In this document: positions 61,821 through 64,000 of the stretch, in pieces | Position numbering within the stretch: position 1 is the first letter of the stretch | Layout of the letters: each line of letters begins with the position of its first letter | NCBI GenBank assembly: GCA_043228905.1 | Contig: JBHGNT010000003.1 | Coordinates: forward strand, 14,570,001-14,634,000 | DNA from: Azolla caroliniana | Lineage: Eukaryota; Plantae; Polypodiophyta | DNA: 64,000 nucleotides | Reading direction: 5' to 3' | Made by a program: the position numbers and the translations under genes | Notes under the pieces: generated by a model | The model's input: only the letters and a program-made list of their open reading frames with translations | Told to the model about the DNA's origin: nothing | The model's database searches: none

Positions 61821-63994
61821 AGAGGGTTGTCAAGACGTGGGGCCGAGATAGTACGGACACTCGGGAAAGACCCCACAGTTGTACGATAGGTAGAAAATTT
61901 TGCTTCTCCAACAACGGAGGGTGTATGATAGTCGGCATCGTTGGCCGAGAAAAGGCAAGAGAAGAGGAGCGACTTCGAGCGTGCGGAGTTCTCAGCCCGG
62001 ACGAGGAAATCAGCGGAGCCGTGGAGGCGGTCTCCTTCGACGACACCTTGGGGATGCTGAGGAAGGTAGCCAGAGAAGACCTTAACGAAGACCGGACGAT
62101 ACCGGTATGTTCCGAAGAGATGTACGAAGTCATCGCGAACTTCAGTCAGGGGCTCGGGTCAGATCGGATGGCCCGAGTTAGCACAAAGTACAAGATTGTG
62201 GACCGGAAGGTAAGGCCAGTTGCGGCACCCTTACCAGAGGGCAGCGAGTCCCGAATCAGAGGGATTGCGTCGGACCCCAGCTTACGAGATCCGGTCTACA
62301 TAGGACACACCTTCACCGACGGGACGCTCCGGGAGCTCAAAATAGGTGGGGGCGGGTTCTTACTGCCGGCGGAGGAAGACCGGTTTCGGAGAATGCTCAG
62401 AAGGCATGGGAAAGCCTTCGCATTCTCACCGGAAGAGATCGGGTGCGCAGACCCGACAATCGTGGAGCCGATGGTGATATTCACGGTACCGCATGTGCCG
62501 TGGAATCTCAAGCCGATTCCAGTACCGAGAGCTCACATCCCGAAGTTGATGGAGCTATTGAGGCAAAAAGTCGATATGGGCATTCTCGAACCGTTGAGTG
62601 CCCCATACTCGAACCGATGGTTTACCGTACCAAAGAAAAACGGAATGATGCGCTTCATTCAAGACCTGCAGCCGGTCAACAGAGTGACCATTCGGAACGC
62701 AGGAATCGGACCGACCATAGACGAGTTCGCGGTGGCCTTCGCCGGAAGGTTGATTTACTCGGTCAGTGATCTATACTCAGGGTACGACCAGTTCCAGCTA
62801 GCCGTGGAGAGCAGAGACATTACGACGATGCGAACTCCCCTCGGCCTAGTGCGAATGTGTACCCTGCCACAAGGAGGGACCAACTCGGTGGCCCACATGG
62901 TGAATGCAATGAACAAGGTACTGAGGGATTGCATACCGGACATCACCATGCCATTTCTAGACGACATCCCGATCAAGGGGTGCCCGGTGGAAGAGAAGGA
63001 CGCAACACTCGGACCGGAGGAATGCCGGCAATTCGTGGCAACACACATCGACGACTACGAGAAGGTGCTACAAAGGCTAGAGGATGCGAGGCTCACCTTC
63101 TCCGGGGAGAAATCGGCCTTCGGGCAATCAGAAATCCTGGTGGTCGGACACCTATGTGGACCATATGGCCGGAAGCCGTCTCCGGCAAAGGTAGAAGCCA
63201 TCTCCGCGATGAAGATCTCCGCAAAGATTGTGGCTGATCGCGGGGAGTTGGACGCCGAAGAGGCCGAGGAGCTGTTCGACCGGCTAGGAGTCAAGCTCTC
63301 GCTTACCACTGCGTACAACCCGGAGGCGAATGGGAAGGTGGAGCGTGGACACGGACCGATCGTCAAGGCGTTAGTACGGGCATGCAGAGGTCAAGTCGGG
63401 AACTGGCCGCGGCTGTTGCCTTACGCATTGTGGGCGGACCGAACTACGCACAGTTCGGTAACCGGATTCATGCCGGCAGAGCTCATGTTTGGGTAGAAGC
63501 CGATCATGCCGATGGAACGTACGATCTCCTCATGGGCAACCGTGAACTGGAAAGACGAGATGAGCCGGGAGGAACTGTTGGCGGCGCGCATACGACAGCT
63601 CGAGCGAAGACCGGAGGACGTGGAGCAGGCTGCGGGAAAGCTTCGGGTGGCAAGGACGAGGAACAAAGCCCGGTTCGACCGAACGCATCGGCTCCGACCA
63701 AAGAAGATCGAGGAAGGCGACTGGGTGCTAGTCTACGACAGCAGCCTCGACAACCAGCACCGAGCGACACGGAAGTTCGCAAGAAGGTGGTTCGGGCCTT
63801 ACGTGGTACAAAGCGCCAACGACAACGGGACGTACCATCTGGCGGAGCTCGACGGCACGAGAATGGCGATACCGGTAGCTGGGAAGCGGATCAAAGCGTT
63901 CAAGAAGCGTCATGACGACGAGCCGGATCCGGTTAACCTGGACCACGACGACGAACGATCCGAAACCGAGGAAGAACCGACGGGCGGGGAATGA
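61811..63994 (+). pseudogene. pol: C4 pol: RT fused to the integrase core (RNase H deleted)
   Basis: FLDD...AISAMK joined directly to ISAKIVADRGE; TAG at 63494-63496. Confidence 0.88.
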
Positions 63995-64000
63995 AGGCTG

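Larger units (their letters stand above)
59041..64000 (+). mobile_element. Gypsy element 'C4' (tRNA-Trp primed), internally deleted, runs off the window
   Basis: 5' LTR 59041-59663; PBS 59667-59684; gag-PR 59707-61820; pol 61811-63994. Confidence 0.9.

Overview
This window is entirely LTR-retrotransposon DNA from a land-plant genome. A non-seed plant is my guess, not established. I find no host gene, RNA gene or CRISPR array. It resolves into a nested stack of about 15 insertions, most with LTR ends, primer-binding sites (PBS) and target-site duplications (TSD) readable in the sequence. (1) An intact, very young Ty1/Copia element (1216-6529; 599-bp LTRs, TSD TCGAT) sits inside a chromovirus-like Ty3/Gypsy ('A1'); a decayed paralogue 'A2' lies at 54690-59040. 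(2) Four tRNA-Trp-primed Gypsy elements ('C1-C4') share a GGATTTTTAG -1 frameshift after the protease and apparent 4-bp NCGY targets. (3) Three Athila/OTA-like Gypsy elements ('B1-B3') carry a ~1000-codon extra ORF, and there is one non-autonomous element ('E'). (4) Several solo LTRs and a Copia remnant. Main finding: B1, B2, B3 and E have no polypurine tract (PPT). Where the PPT should be, next to the 3' LTR, each has a 17-nt copy of a tRNA-Arg-like 3' end (..CCCAYRGGCGTGCCA), i.e. a second, inverted PBS. B2, B3 and E also keep a TGG-initiated PBS next to the 5' LTR. This suggests LTR retrotransposons that may prime both DNA strands with tRNA. Family labels A, B, C, E and F are mine; tRNA identities are from recall and need checking.
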